64,000 nt of DNA from Tubiluchus corallicola (Eukaryota > Animalia > Priapulida). Below, one piece after another: positions 45,501 through 53,000 of the stretch. Made by a program: the position numbers and the translations under genes. Below the pieces are notes generated by a model. The model saw only the letters and a program-made list of their open reading frames with translations. It was not told where the DNA came from and ran no database searches. The stretch lies in assembly GCA_030141605.1 (NCBI GenBank), contig JAQGDQ010000567.1:53349-117348 (forward strand), written 5' to 3'. Each line of letters opens with the position of its first letter. Position 1 is the stretch's first letter.

Positions 45501-48236
45501 AGAAGTACCTGGTGGATTTTTGTCTGACATTAACTCGGTAGGGACTAAACACGACTAATTTTGTCTATGGCTGTGTTTATATACATGTGTGGTACAGCAA
45601 ATGTTGAACTTTTTCATTTTTGCCAGTCAGTTTGTATTTTGACAGTGCTGCCTCAATTTTTGTGATCGTTAGCACTTGCATTCGCTTGTACTGAGGTCAT
45701 AATTATATAAAGTAACGAGATGATGTAATACAGGGGTGTGCAAATTATCTAACTAGCCGGGCCACATTAAACTTTCCCGCAATTCCTGCAGGCCACATGC
45801 AGTTTGGTCAAGGAGTCAAGTACAGAAAGGCCTAATAACGATTTTTTTTGCATCCGACCTGCATACATCATCACTACTACACTCAAGAAACTATTTTAGT
45901 AGTTATTAAAATTTATATTACCAACCATATATTCTACTTTCAGTAATGTGTATCACAGTGTAGTAGTACAGTGACATTAAGCTAAAACTGTCTTGTAAGG
46001 GTTGATGGCATCCGATCTAGTAGAAAAAACTACCAGCACTATCTTTGGGATCGCGGCACGGACTTCAGCTGGATACACTCGATTAATCGCCCGGGCCGCA
46101 ATTCGCACACCCCTGATGTAACACAAAAGAAAAGATGACTTTGGTTTCCAGCTGACCCAGACAATGTGGGGAGTTTATACTGGCATTCTATTCTGTGATA
46201 CACAAGATGGTTCGTCTGCCAATGTTATGGCTACAAGTCTCATTTCATTTGTTTGGCGTACTTTCTCTGTGTGAAAGTCATTTTTGAAGTTGTTGTTCAG
46301 TCACTTTGTTATGATTGAGTTTAGGCACAGAGAAGTATGGACAGGAACCAAAAATCTATAATAAATATTTGCACTGCACACAACAGAAAAGTGTTTATCT
46401 AGTGTTTATAGAGAAAACATGAGTAGCAAAACTGCTGCACTGAACATTGAGCAAAAACTAGAAAGCAAAAACAGTCAGTAAAACCTGTTTCATAGCCAGT
46501 ATACAGGTATAGAACTTGACTTTTGCAGAGTTGCACAGGCTTTACAACAACCATTAATTTTAGATAGGGAGAGGACCAGTGTGTATGTAGTCACTGGACC
46601 ATATAATTATACTGAAGGTAAGTCAGCTGGTAGAATGTAACAAGATTAGCACATAGATGGCAGCACCTAATTACAATATACAATTCCAACTTTCACACTC
46701 TGGTCATCTGCACCGAGGAACTATCTACAAATACTTGCTGTCTTCTTATCATGCTTATTGACGTTTTGTAAAATTTGTTTTCAGAATTCTCTAGCAGTTA
46801 TTGAAGATGCATTAATTGCACCGGAGTCCATCGTTGGCGCAAAAGTATACGATCAGTTTCAGTTTTCACGACAAGGTTACTTCAGTGTTGATCCGGATAC
46901 AAATCCTCATAAGGTAAACTGGTTAATTGAGATTGATGTTTAAGAAATTTTGGCCAAACAGCCTGTAGAAAAGACGTCCTCGGAACGCTTAGTGTGACGC
47001 TAGGAAGGAGATATACGGCTCTTTAGAAAGAGGAAGAACACAAGGGTGTGGGCAATATTTTAGGATACGTCCATTAAGAGGAGTAGCGAGGAGTTAATTA
47101 GATGTTCTATTTTTGACAATTTTTGCTTGGAAAACTGCTGACGCAAAGCCATTGTTCTGGCGTCATCCATTATACTCTGTCTATAACCTTATAACTTTAA
47201 TTCAGTAAAAGCTGCTGCTGGCTTTGCATTATAAGTGAGGACTATGTAGGATGTTCGTGTATTTTTGATTATAAGTGTATTTATATGATTTATATGCAAA
47301 ATTTTTTTGCGGGGCCTTTGCTAGTATCTTATTATTTTTATTATTATTATTATTTATTTGCCCAGCACATTCTAAAATACAGCTTGTACAAACTTTATTC
47401 AAATGTTGCCAAAAGTCTTAAATTCTAGCATTAAAAAAGGCTCCTTTGTGTGAGTAAGTAGAATTGATTGATGTCTTCAGATGAGGGGAACAGCCAACTG
47501 GTCGTGCTGTGTGCTTGCCGTATAGCATCATCATTGCTCATAATCTATTCCGTGCACATTCAGATGTGGCTAAGTTAACTCTGCAGGTTTAGTATCTCAC
47601 ACGGACAACTATCCGTAATGATGATCTAGGTTCTAGTCCTGCCAAGAAGCACTTAAAGCTACCAGTTGGCCATGTCATTTAATGCTGGTTCCAGATTTAC
47701 AGTGTACTAGATGTATAGTGAATTAGAACAACTGTTTGGAGGAGTAATAGAAAAATTCCATTGAAGTTCAAATTTACAGTCTCTTATTGTGACTTAGTAT
47801 AATATACTTTAAATGTTTGTTTTGATTAATAATCATTTGTTTGTTTTACTATTGTATACAGTGAAACTGCTAGTATGAGAGCCAGCTTTGAAATTCTTGC
47901 AGTGCAATGCCTGCATTGATTCCTGAGTCTGACAGCTATAAGTTAGTCTCATCTGATTGAGATTCCTCAGCTGTTCTTTGCAATGGCAAACTTTGTTTAT
48001 CATTTTGAAAATCCAGAATGGCTTTAGATTTTGAGTCAGCTTTGTTGACGAGGGTATTATAGTTAAGATTGTAACATTTTAGCACACTATATTGCTATAG
48101 TTATATTGCAATTGCATTTACTACTGTTATGAACGATTATTTTTAGAAGTTTCTTAATTTACGTTCATTCTCATTTGCTTTGCAGGTTGTGTTTAATCGA
48201 ACAGTAACGTTAAGAGAGGATGCCGGCAAAAGTTGA
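19064..48236 (+). CDS. QARS1: Glutamine--tRNA ligase (cytosolic GlnRS), 19 coding exons, 2346 nt, 781 aa
   Basis: join(19064..19174,20106..20259,20870..20979,22271..22346,25910..26122,26460..26602,30276..30362,30696..30795,31357..31544,34381..34604,35461..35598,38845..38932,40857..40942,42503..42662,43850..43942,44661..44788,45471..45537,46785..46913,48186..48236). All introns GT-AG and phases consistent. Motifs: eukaryotic N-terminal domain, [66 protein letters not shown]. Confidence 0.97.
20106..20259 (+). CDS. QARS1: QARS1 exon 2
   Basis: tacag, ARKH...[12 protein letters not shown]...SELQLN, gttagt. Confidence 0.9.
20293..20751 (-). mobile_element. Solo LTR (Gypsy-like)
   Basis: TG...CA termini with 4-bp TSD AATT. 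Minus-strand TATAAAAAGG and AATAAA. A second partial copy lies at 30863-31107. Confidence 0.65.
20870..20979 (+). CDS. QARS1: QARS1 exon 3
   Basis: AALEYL...[19 protein letters not shown], gtaagt. Confidence 0.93.
21100..21523 (+). mobile_element. hAT (Buster/Charlie-like) MITE family A, copy 1
   Basis: TIR CAGGGGTGTGCAAA; perfect 8-bp TSD ATTTACGT. Confidence 0.9.
22271..22346 (+). CDS. QARS1: QARS1 exon 4
   Basis: [25 protein letters not shown], gtacgt. Confidence 0.92.
23267..23670 (+). mobile_element. 5'-truncated RTE-clade LINE insertion
   Basis: [31 protein letters not shown] is the RTE ORF C-terminus. (TGA)n tail. 13-bp TSD AATGATTGAAAAT at 23254-23266 and 23671-23683. Confidence 0.9.
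25104..25809. mobile_element. TIR element (MITE family C) with subterminal CAAATGTAGAC/TTAGGTAAGT repeats, copy 1
   Basis: Ends TAGGTTTTCCACGTC / GACGTGTAAAACCTA flanked by TA. An inverted second copy lies at 58937-59703. Confidence 0.8.
25910..26122 (+). CDS. QARS1: QARS1 exon 5
   Basis: [31 protein letters not shown]...EEKKV, gtacgt. Confidence 0.92.
26460..26602 (+). CDS. QARS1: QARS1 exon 6
   Basis: [14 protein letters not shown]...[12 protein letters not shown], gtggaa. Confidence 0.92.
26990..27265 (-). mobile_element. tRNA-derived SINE with Meta-domain-like body, copy 1
   Basis: Minus strand: A box TAGTTTAGTGGT, B box GTTCGAACC, then GGTCGTACCAAAAACTTTAAAAATGGTAC...GCCCTGCCTGA, AATAAA and a (TTA)n tail. 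Near-identical copy at 41934-42197. Confidence 0.8.
27822..30158. repeat. Satellite, 107-bp unit, about 22 copies, in QARS1 intron 6
   Basis: Unit ATGGTTTAAGAGTGAAAGGGTTAATTGCTAACATTGCTGTGAAACTAAGTGTAGTCGGGC...GGTGACATATA; period measured from 28681 to 28788. Confidence 0.97.
30276..30362 (+). CDS. QARS1: QARS1 exon 7 (HIGH motif)
   Basis: [29 protein letters not shown]. Confidence 0.97.
30696..30795 (+). CDS. QARS1: QARS1 exon 8
   Basis: [22 protein letters not shown]...MVSWL. Confidence 0.96.
30863..31107 (-). mobile_element. Partial solo LTR, same family as 20293-20751
   Basis: Shares GAAAGACACGACCACTGAC...CCCCTGCCAGCATTACA...CATCACA. Confidence 0.7.
31357..31544 (+). CDS. QARS1: QARS1 exon 9
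   Basis: [18 protein letters not shown]...AYVCHQ...[16 protein letters not shown]. Confidence 0.96.
32185..32725. mobile_element. hAT-type MITE (TAGGGATG termini) with internal 30-bp tandem repeat
   Basis: Ends TAGGGATGAGCATT / AATGCTCACTTCTC. TSD ATATACAC vs ATATACGC. About 6 copies of GAATTCGAAATACTGAAATTCGGTTGATTT at about 32475-32650. Confidence 0.7.
32757..33108 (+). mobile_element. Possible solo LTR
   Basis: TGTTA...TAACA termini with internal TATAAAA then AATAAA. No clean TSD. Confidence 0.4.
33232..34355. repeat. Minisatellite, 56-bp unit, about 20 copies, ending 25 nt before QARS1 exon 10
   Basis: Unit AATATCAAGACCGCCATGCCATCTTGGAGTTCGACCCCCTGAGTCGAATTCAGTCC. Confidence 0.97.
34381..34604 (+). 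CDS. QARS1: QARS1 exon 10
   Basis: DMRDG...ATLRMK...DPVAYRIKF...[31 protein letters not shown]. Confidence 0.97.
34912..35250 (+). mobile_element. Non-autonomous Helitron
   Basis: 5' end TCTATAATAAT after A; degenerate GC hairpin (CCGCGCATT..AAGTGTAGG) just before 3' CTAG followed by T. Inserted in an AT dinucleotide with no TSD. Confidence 0.55.
35461..35598 (+). CDS. QARS1: QARS1 exon 11 (KMSKS-equivalent VVSKRK)
   Basis: [39 protein letters not shown]. Confidence 0.97.
35853..36500. repeat. Compound low-complexity block: (TTC)n(TTA)n, a 91-bp pyrimidine-rich unit x3, then (TAT)n
   Basis: CCTATCCCTAATCT recurs near 35964, 36055 and 36146; (TAT)n at about 36395-36499. Confidence 0.85.
37067..37491 (-). 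mobile_element. hAT (Buster-like) MITE family A, copy 2
   Basis: Reverse complement of copy 1; perfect TSD ATTTATAA. Confidence 0.9.
37640..37945. repeat. (TATAA)n pentanucleotide microsatellite
   Basis: Directly visible. Confidence 0.95.
38200..38545. repeat. Compound (CTA)/(CTG)/(CAC) trinucleotide repeat
   Basis: Directly visible. Confidence 0.9.
38845..38932 (+). CDS. QARS1: QARS1 exon 12
   Basis: [29 protein letters not shown]. Confidence 0.97.
39033..39404. mobile_element. pogo/Tigger-like MITE
   Basis: Ends (G/C)AGTGTTCC ... GAGGGAACACTG, each flanked by TA; repeated CCGCGA(A/T)A subterminal motifs. Confidence 0.6.
39819..40331 (-). mobile_element. 5S rRNA-derived SINE (SINE3-type), copy 1
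   Basis: Minus-strand head of about 120 nt is 5S-like (..GAAAACACCGGTTCTCGTCTGATCACCGAAGTTGAGCAACG..CCTGGTTAGTACTTGGATGG..GGAATACCAGGTGCTG), fused to a body of about 390 nt shared with the other two copies. Confidence 0.88.
40446..40673 (-). pseudogene. RELN: Isolated reelin-like exon (end of EGF-like module plus start of a reelin subrepeat B); orphan copy or exon of an interleaved antisense gene
   Basis: [25 protein letters not shown]...[37 protein letters not shown] aligns by eye with vertebrate reelin CDPGFSGPAC...PMFISESF...[35 protein letters not shown]. Acceptor tttgcatacag, donor gttact, 228 nt, phase 2-2, no stops. Confidence 0.8.
40857..40942 (+). CDS. QARS1: QARS1 exon 13
   Basis: [29 protein letters not shown]. 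Confidence 0.95.
40959..41446. mobile_element. Probable MITE with GATCCACT subterminal repeats
   Basis: AAAGTGGATC/AAAGCGGATC at the left are mirrored by three GATCCAC(T/C) at the right; termini degenerate. Confidence 0.4.
41934..42197 (-). mobile_element. tRNA-derived SINE with Meta-domain-like body, copy 2
   Basis: Near-identical to 26990-27265; GGTCATACCAAAGACTTTAAAAATGGTAC core. Confidence 0.8.
42503..42662 (+). CDS. QARS1: QARS1 exon 14
   Basis: [16 protein letters not shown]...[10 protein letters not shown]. Confidence 0.95.
43260..43721 (-). mobile_element. hAT (Buster-like) MITE family A, copy 3
   Basis: TIRs CAGGGGTGTGCAAATTA; TSD ATATAAAA vs ATATGAAA. Confidence 0.88.
43850..43942 (+). 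CDS. QARS1: QARS1 exon 15
   Basis: [31 protein letters not shown]. Confidence 0.92.
44118..44599 (-). mobile_element. 5S rRNA-derived SINE, copy 2
   Basis: 5S-like head TCTACGGCCATATCACGTTGAAAACACCGG... plus the shared body, ending GGATGCCAACAA. Confidence 0.88.
44661..44788 (+). CDS. QARS1: QARS1 exon 16
   Basis: DSNGSLIE...[23 protein letters not shown]. Confidence 0.95.
44797..45410. repeat. Minisatellite, 56-bp unit, about 11 copies, filling most of QARS1 intron 16
   Basis: Unit TTTGCTACTTAAGCTCTTACCTTTTTGCATACATCATCTAGACAGTCGTGTGAATG. Confidence 0.95.
45471..45537 (+). CDS. QARS1: QARS1 exon 17
   Basis: [22 protein letters not shown]. Confidence 0.94.
45731..46115 (+). mobile_element. 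hAT (Buster-like) MITE family A, copy 4
   Basis: TIR CAGGGGTGTGC; TSD ATGTAATA vs ATGTAACA. Confidence 0.88.
46785..46913 (+). CDS. QARS1: QARS1 exon 18
   Basis: [10 protein letters not shown]...[22 protein letters not shown]. Confidence 0.95.
48186..48236 (+). CDS. QARS1: QARS1 exon 19 (stop TGA)
   Basis: [16 protein letters not shown]. Confidence 0.95.
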   Translation, partial: VVFNRTVTLREDAGKS

Positions 48237-48328
48237 ACCGAGTTTGCCCAGCAGGAAGAGTATTTGTACATTCAAATCTTTCTCAGGAAAAGTTTGCAAA
48301 TGATGACACCAGTGCTGTAAACATTTTA

Positions 48329-48806
48329 CAGTCAACCCTGGTTAAACCGGACTAATTGAGGGGGGGGTCCGGTTTAGCTGATTGTCCGATTTATCCGATA
48401 TGCCTATGTATGGTCTATATTATACAGGAATACTCACCTTAATAAGGCCTATATACATTGCACTTTTTACTATACTGTATATTACTTTAAAATAGTTAAC
48501 CTGTGAGGGCCTCGTGACGACATGGTGAAAAATAGAAGTCTTAATTATGTCTAAACACAAAATGTTTCACTTGAAACGCAGAGCACTAGCGAGTGCTTTC
48601 GATGGGGTAAGCAAACTAAATTTTGGCGGGAATCGTAGCAGGATGGGCGGCACTGCGAACCGCTTCGGCCCGTCAATGGCTTGTGGTGAGTTGGTAATCC
48701 GTGTTGTGTTTAGCGCTCTGGTTCGGTCAGAAATCGGTCAGTTTCGTTTACCACGGATGACGTCCGTCTTATCCGATATCGGGGCTGGTTTAACAAGGGT
48801 CGACTG
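48329..48806. mobile_element. pogo/Tigger-like MITE just downstream of the QARS1 stop
   Basis: CAGTCAACCCTGGTTAAACC ... GGTTTAACAAGGGTCGACTG, flanked by TA on both sides. Confidence 0.85.
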
Positions 48807-49019
48807 TACTATATTGTGAAAACATGATGTACTAAACAATAAGATGAAGCAAATGTAATGCTGTTGCCTCAAGAAGTTACTAAAACTGTAGATTAGCATT
48901 ATGAGCTTTCTTATATTTTATTATTTTAACATGAGTACATCATTTTTGTCAACTTTAAGTTTTTTTTGTCAGAATTGTCGAAATGAAATTAAAATTTATA
49001 ATAAATTAATGTTAAAAAT

Positions 49020-49359
49020 TGTTGTGTTTTGTTTCTCTCGGAAGGCTCGTAGAGAAAACCAGAAAACACATCGTCAAATTAAACTAGTTTATTATGCGAG
49101 AATTCTACAACACAAAAGTATGAAGGAACGCGAAATGTTTACAGTAAACGTGATAATGTGGAAAAGTTATAGCGTATCTGAGAATGCGAGATACAACAGA
49201 ATGTGAAAATGTGCGAATGAACTTCAGCGGCCAGCTCCGCTTTATATATCAGTGCCAGTTCTAGAAACTTCTATAAAGTAAGACGATTGTTCTGCTATAC
49301 AATGGAATATTCTACAGTATTCTATTTAATTCTAGTAGCTGCCAGCGATCTCCACAACA
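49020..49359 (-). mobile_element. Solo LTR between QARS1 and eIF4E3
   Basis: TGTTGTG...CACAACA termini. Flanks AAAAT and ACAAT (5-bp TSD, 1 mismatch). Minus-strand TATATAAAG then AATAAA. Confidence 0.65.
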
Positions 49360-49931
49360 ACAATTGTATTAAATTTATTTTGCAAATGACTTAATAATTT
49401 TTTTTTAAAATAAAAATGATAATGAAATGAACCCACAATAATTCTTTTAGATTAAAAAGGTGACAAAAAGAATTGCAAAAAAGTGGTGTGGAGTGCAGAT
49501 TTTAAACATGCAGTTTTGGATGCAAAATCGACGTCGATTTTTTTCTCATTTTTTTCTTTTCAACATTTAATAATTGTGTAAAAATTATTCAAATTACGAG
49601 TACAAATCATGTTAATTCACTTTGGAAAAATTGATAATCGTACATCACAATGATAGCAATGAATAATTTTATAGTCATTTTTAAAATAAAACTATTGCTC
49701 AAAGATCGCCAACTACCAGGACATAAGGCTTTTGCATTTTTAAATATTCATGTAGAACAATAAATTTATTACAGGGGGATTGTACCTGGTAATGTAAAAT
49801 AAAGAACTAATCGTTTTAGTAGATGTTTTGATATTCATGACAACTGACTTTGTGCTGCCATCTATCGTGCGCTATGATACTGAAATTGTCTTGTTGGGTT
49901 GTTTTGATCACGTGGTTGGCGCCGGTGTGTC

Positions 49932-50086
49932 ATGGCGGCGACAGAAACAGCTGACCTGTCTGCTCCTGACAGAAAAGAACCGCTACCGGCGAGCCCACAA
50001 CTTTCTCGTTCTGCTGTTCAGCAGATAAACGAGACAGAAAAGGATGGAGTTCCACTTAACACACCGTGGACGTTCTACTTGGACAA
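49932..50086 (+). CDS. EIF4E3: eIF4E3 exon 1
   Basis: MAATETADL...[13 protein letters not shown], gtaaag. Confidence 0.88.
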
Positions 50087-53000
50087 GTAAAGCTTTCGAA
50101 TCACAATTATTTTGTTGTTGTAGTAGACTGTACTTTTGTGTAGGTCATTTATTCAATTTGGATTTACAATAATTGTAAGAGACTGTCCTAGCAAGAATCA
50201 CGAAGATTGGGTAATTAATAATCAATTTCGCAAGTTTTAAAAAAGCGAAGACACTGTTAAAAATAAAAGTTAAGATCGTATATTAACTTATAATTATGTT
50301 AACTGGTGTGGACGCATATTGCTTTTACATTATTAATTTGTCTTCATTTCAGGTCAGTAAGAGGAGCGACAGCTGCCGAGTTTACTGCAAACCTCCGTAA
50401 AATCTACACTGTCACTACAGTGCAGGTACACATCCTTGAATCTGGTTAGTTTTGTCAAAAAATTTTTTGTCGTCCACCTGCACAAATTGAGAAATCCATG
50501 TAGGCAGGTATAAATCAATTTGTAGTGTTCGTTGATACTAATACATTTTTTCGTGGAAAATCTCATTGTACAGACAGTAACAGGATTCAATTATCGCTGT
50601 TATTATGTCACTAATGAAAACATTTTACAATGTTTACCGTTTCAGAGCTTTTGGAGTGTTTTCCATAACATACCGGCTATAAACGAATTGAGTCCTCGAT
50701 ACTCATATCATCTGATGCGGGAAGACCGACGTCCCCTGTGGTAGGTACACTTAACTAGGTGCAAGTTATTTCAAATTCTTTTCTGTTTCAATCTCTCATG
50801 GTTAGTACCTACCGACTGCTAAGATTGCATCGAATTATTTCATTTGTTTTCAAAAGATTGTACATAAGAAGAAATTGTTAATATTGTTATTGATTATCAG
50901 TAGTGTTGTGGTATTTGAGTTTAAATATATGCCAACCACAATAATTTCTGAGGGGCTAAATGGTAGCATAAAACATAAAAATGAAATAAAAAATTGGGAC
51001 ACCTTTTCCTGAAATATAATAGCAGTACAGTTAAAGTTTCCATTAGGTATTTGTTAAATTCTTAATTAAGTTTACAATTTACTGTTGGTTAATGTGAACA
51101 AAAGAGTCTTGCCTGATAGTGCCAATGTGTTGTTTGAAATTGAGCAATGGGCATACCTGTATTGTTATCTGGCTTCACATTGAAAAGCTCGAATTAGAGG
51201 TACCATATATATCCTCTCGCCAAGATTCAATAAGTCTGGTAGCTGTGCAAAATGAGAAAAGATAATTACGTTTCTTGCATTTCATTTATGGGCAAATGTA
51301 TTTTGTTTAGGCTCAGTTTAGTTTAATTTTTCACTTTGCAACAAGATTGAGTTGAGAAGGGCATGTTTCATGCATGTGAAAGCAAGTATAGAACAGCCTA
51401 CTAGCACATTTTGCAGTTCCATTCTTTTGTCCTTCTTATAGTTGTTCTTTATGTCATTTGAACCATTTAGGGTATATTAGATTTGTTGTGTTAACCGTTT
51501 CGTTAATCTTAGAATTGGCCATTATCATTTGTCCTTTGTCCTACTTTTTTTATCACTGGTAAAGTACATATTCATTGTTTAACAGCTATATAATGCCTCG
51601 CTACACGCCGCTATAATGCCTGACTATACACGCCGTTACAATGCCTTGCTACACGCTGTTACAATGCCTTGCTACACACCGTTACAATGCCTTGCTGCAC
51701 AATTCGCTGTGTGATTCTGATGTTTCAGCATATATTCACACGTTTCGGATCTGCACTGCACAACACAGGCTATTTTCGATATGCAGAATAATTAAATACC
51801 GGAAAAAGGCATAAGAAGTATTTGAAGCTATTTTTCTTTAACAGGTGTAAACAGTAAAATGTTTACGAGTTTTGCATCAAAAGATTAATGCTCAAATTTC
51901 CAGTAGCATTAATGGCACTAGTCTTAACAGTAGTATGTTGGCTTTATTTGGTGATAGATGTTCAGTAACTATAACTAATACTAAGTTAGCCATGCCTGCA
52001 CAAATGTACTGTTGAAAATTGACTAACGAAAGGCACCCCGTACATCCGTTACTTGTTATCACTACGGCTCAAGATTATTACATGTGCTGTTACTCTACCA
52101 CTATGCTACAGTGCTTTGTAATGAGCTTTACTGTAAAATGAAGCCATATATTTCTATTAATCTTTAATATGTGTAATTATAGAATGGTGTGGCCAAAAAT
52201 ATTACTTCGCAAACAAGGCTTTGAAGCTCAATTCGCAGAAATTTGGCTTCTACGCAGTGTACAGCGAGTTACATTCCCAATTCATTGGGAATGGTGTGGC
52301 GCAAAAATATTACTTCGCAAACAAGGCTTTGAAGCTCAATTCGCAAAAATTTGGCTTCTGCCCAGTGTATAGTGAGTTACATTATTTTGTGCAATCTTCC
52401 TTTTTTGCAGGGAAGATGAAAATAACAGAGATGGTGGAACATGGAGAGTGAAATGTTTAAAATATGAAACTGCCGACGTGTGGAAAGAGTTGCTTCTTGC
52501 TTGTATTGGTGAACAGTTCTCTGATTATGTTATGAATGGTATTGCTGTTTAATGTTTACATTCTGCTTATGTGCTTTCTGTTATGAGCAGGGATGAGAAT
52601 ATTCCGCGGATACGCGGAATTCCGAGTATCCACTTAATTCTAGGTTTTCCTCGGCCCTGAGCCACTTTGCTTGTGCAAAGAGCGTGGTAGAAATGTTTAG
52701 TAATATTTGTTTGTAAGAAGCTTTATGTTGATCTGATCTGATCTGATCTGAAATGAATCTTGTCCATGCATAGTGGAACTGCTATTTTATTTCAAGTTTT
52801 CTGAACATTAAAATATTTTCTTTGTTCTGATTTTGTTTTGGACCACATATAATTATGTTTAATGTTTGACTATATTTAGAAACGACTGGTTTTTGCTGTT
52901 GTTGTATTTTTGTTTTTTGTATTTATGGACGTTTATGTATTTTTAATAGTTATGTTCTGCTGACTATGCGCCTTTTTGTCTACTTGTCTTTCTGAGAAGG

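Noticed and set aside
19064-48236. Stop-codon reassignment (UAR = Gln) suggested by the altered GlnRS anticodon pocket
   Set aside because: No in-frame TAA or TAG in about 1000 codons of QARS1 and eIF4E3, and TAA ends the 241-aa ORF at a natural domain end.
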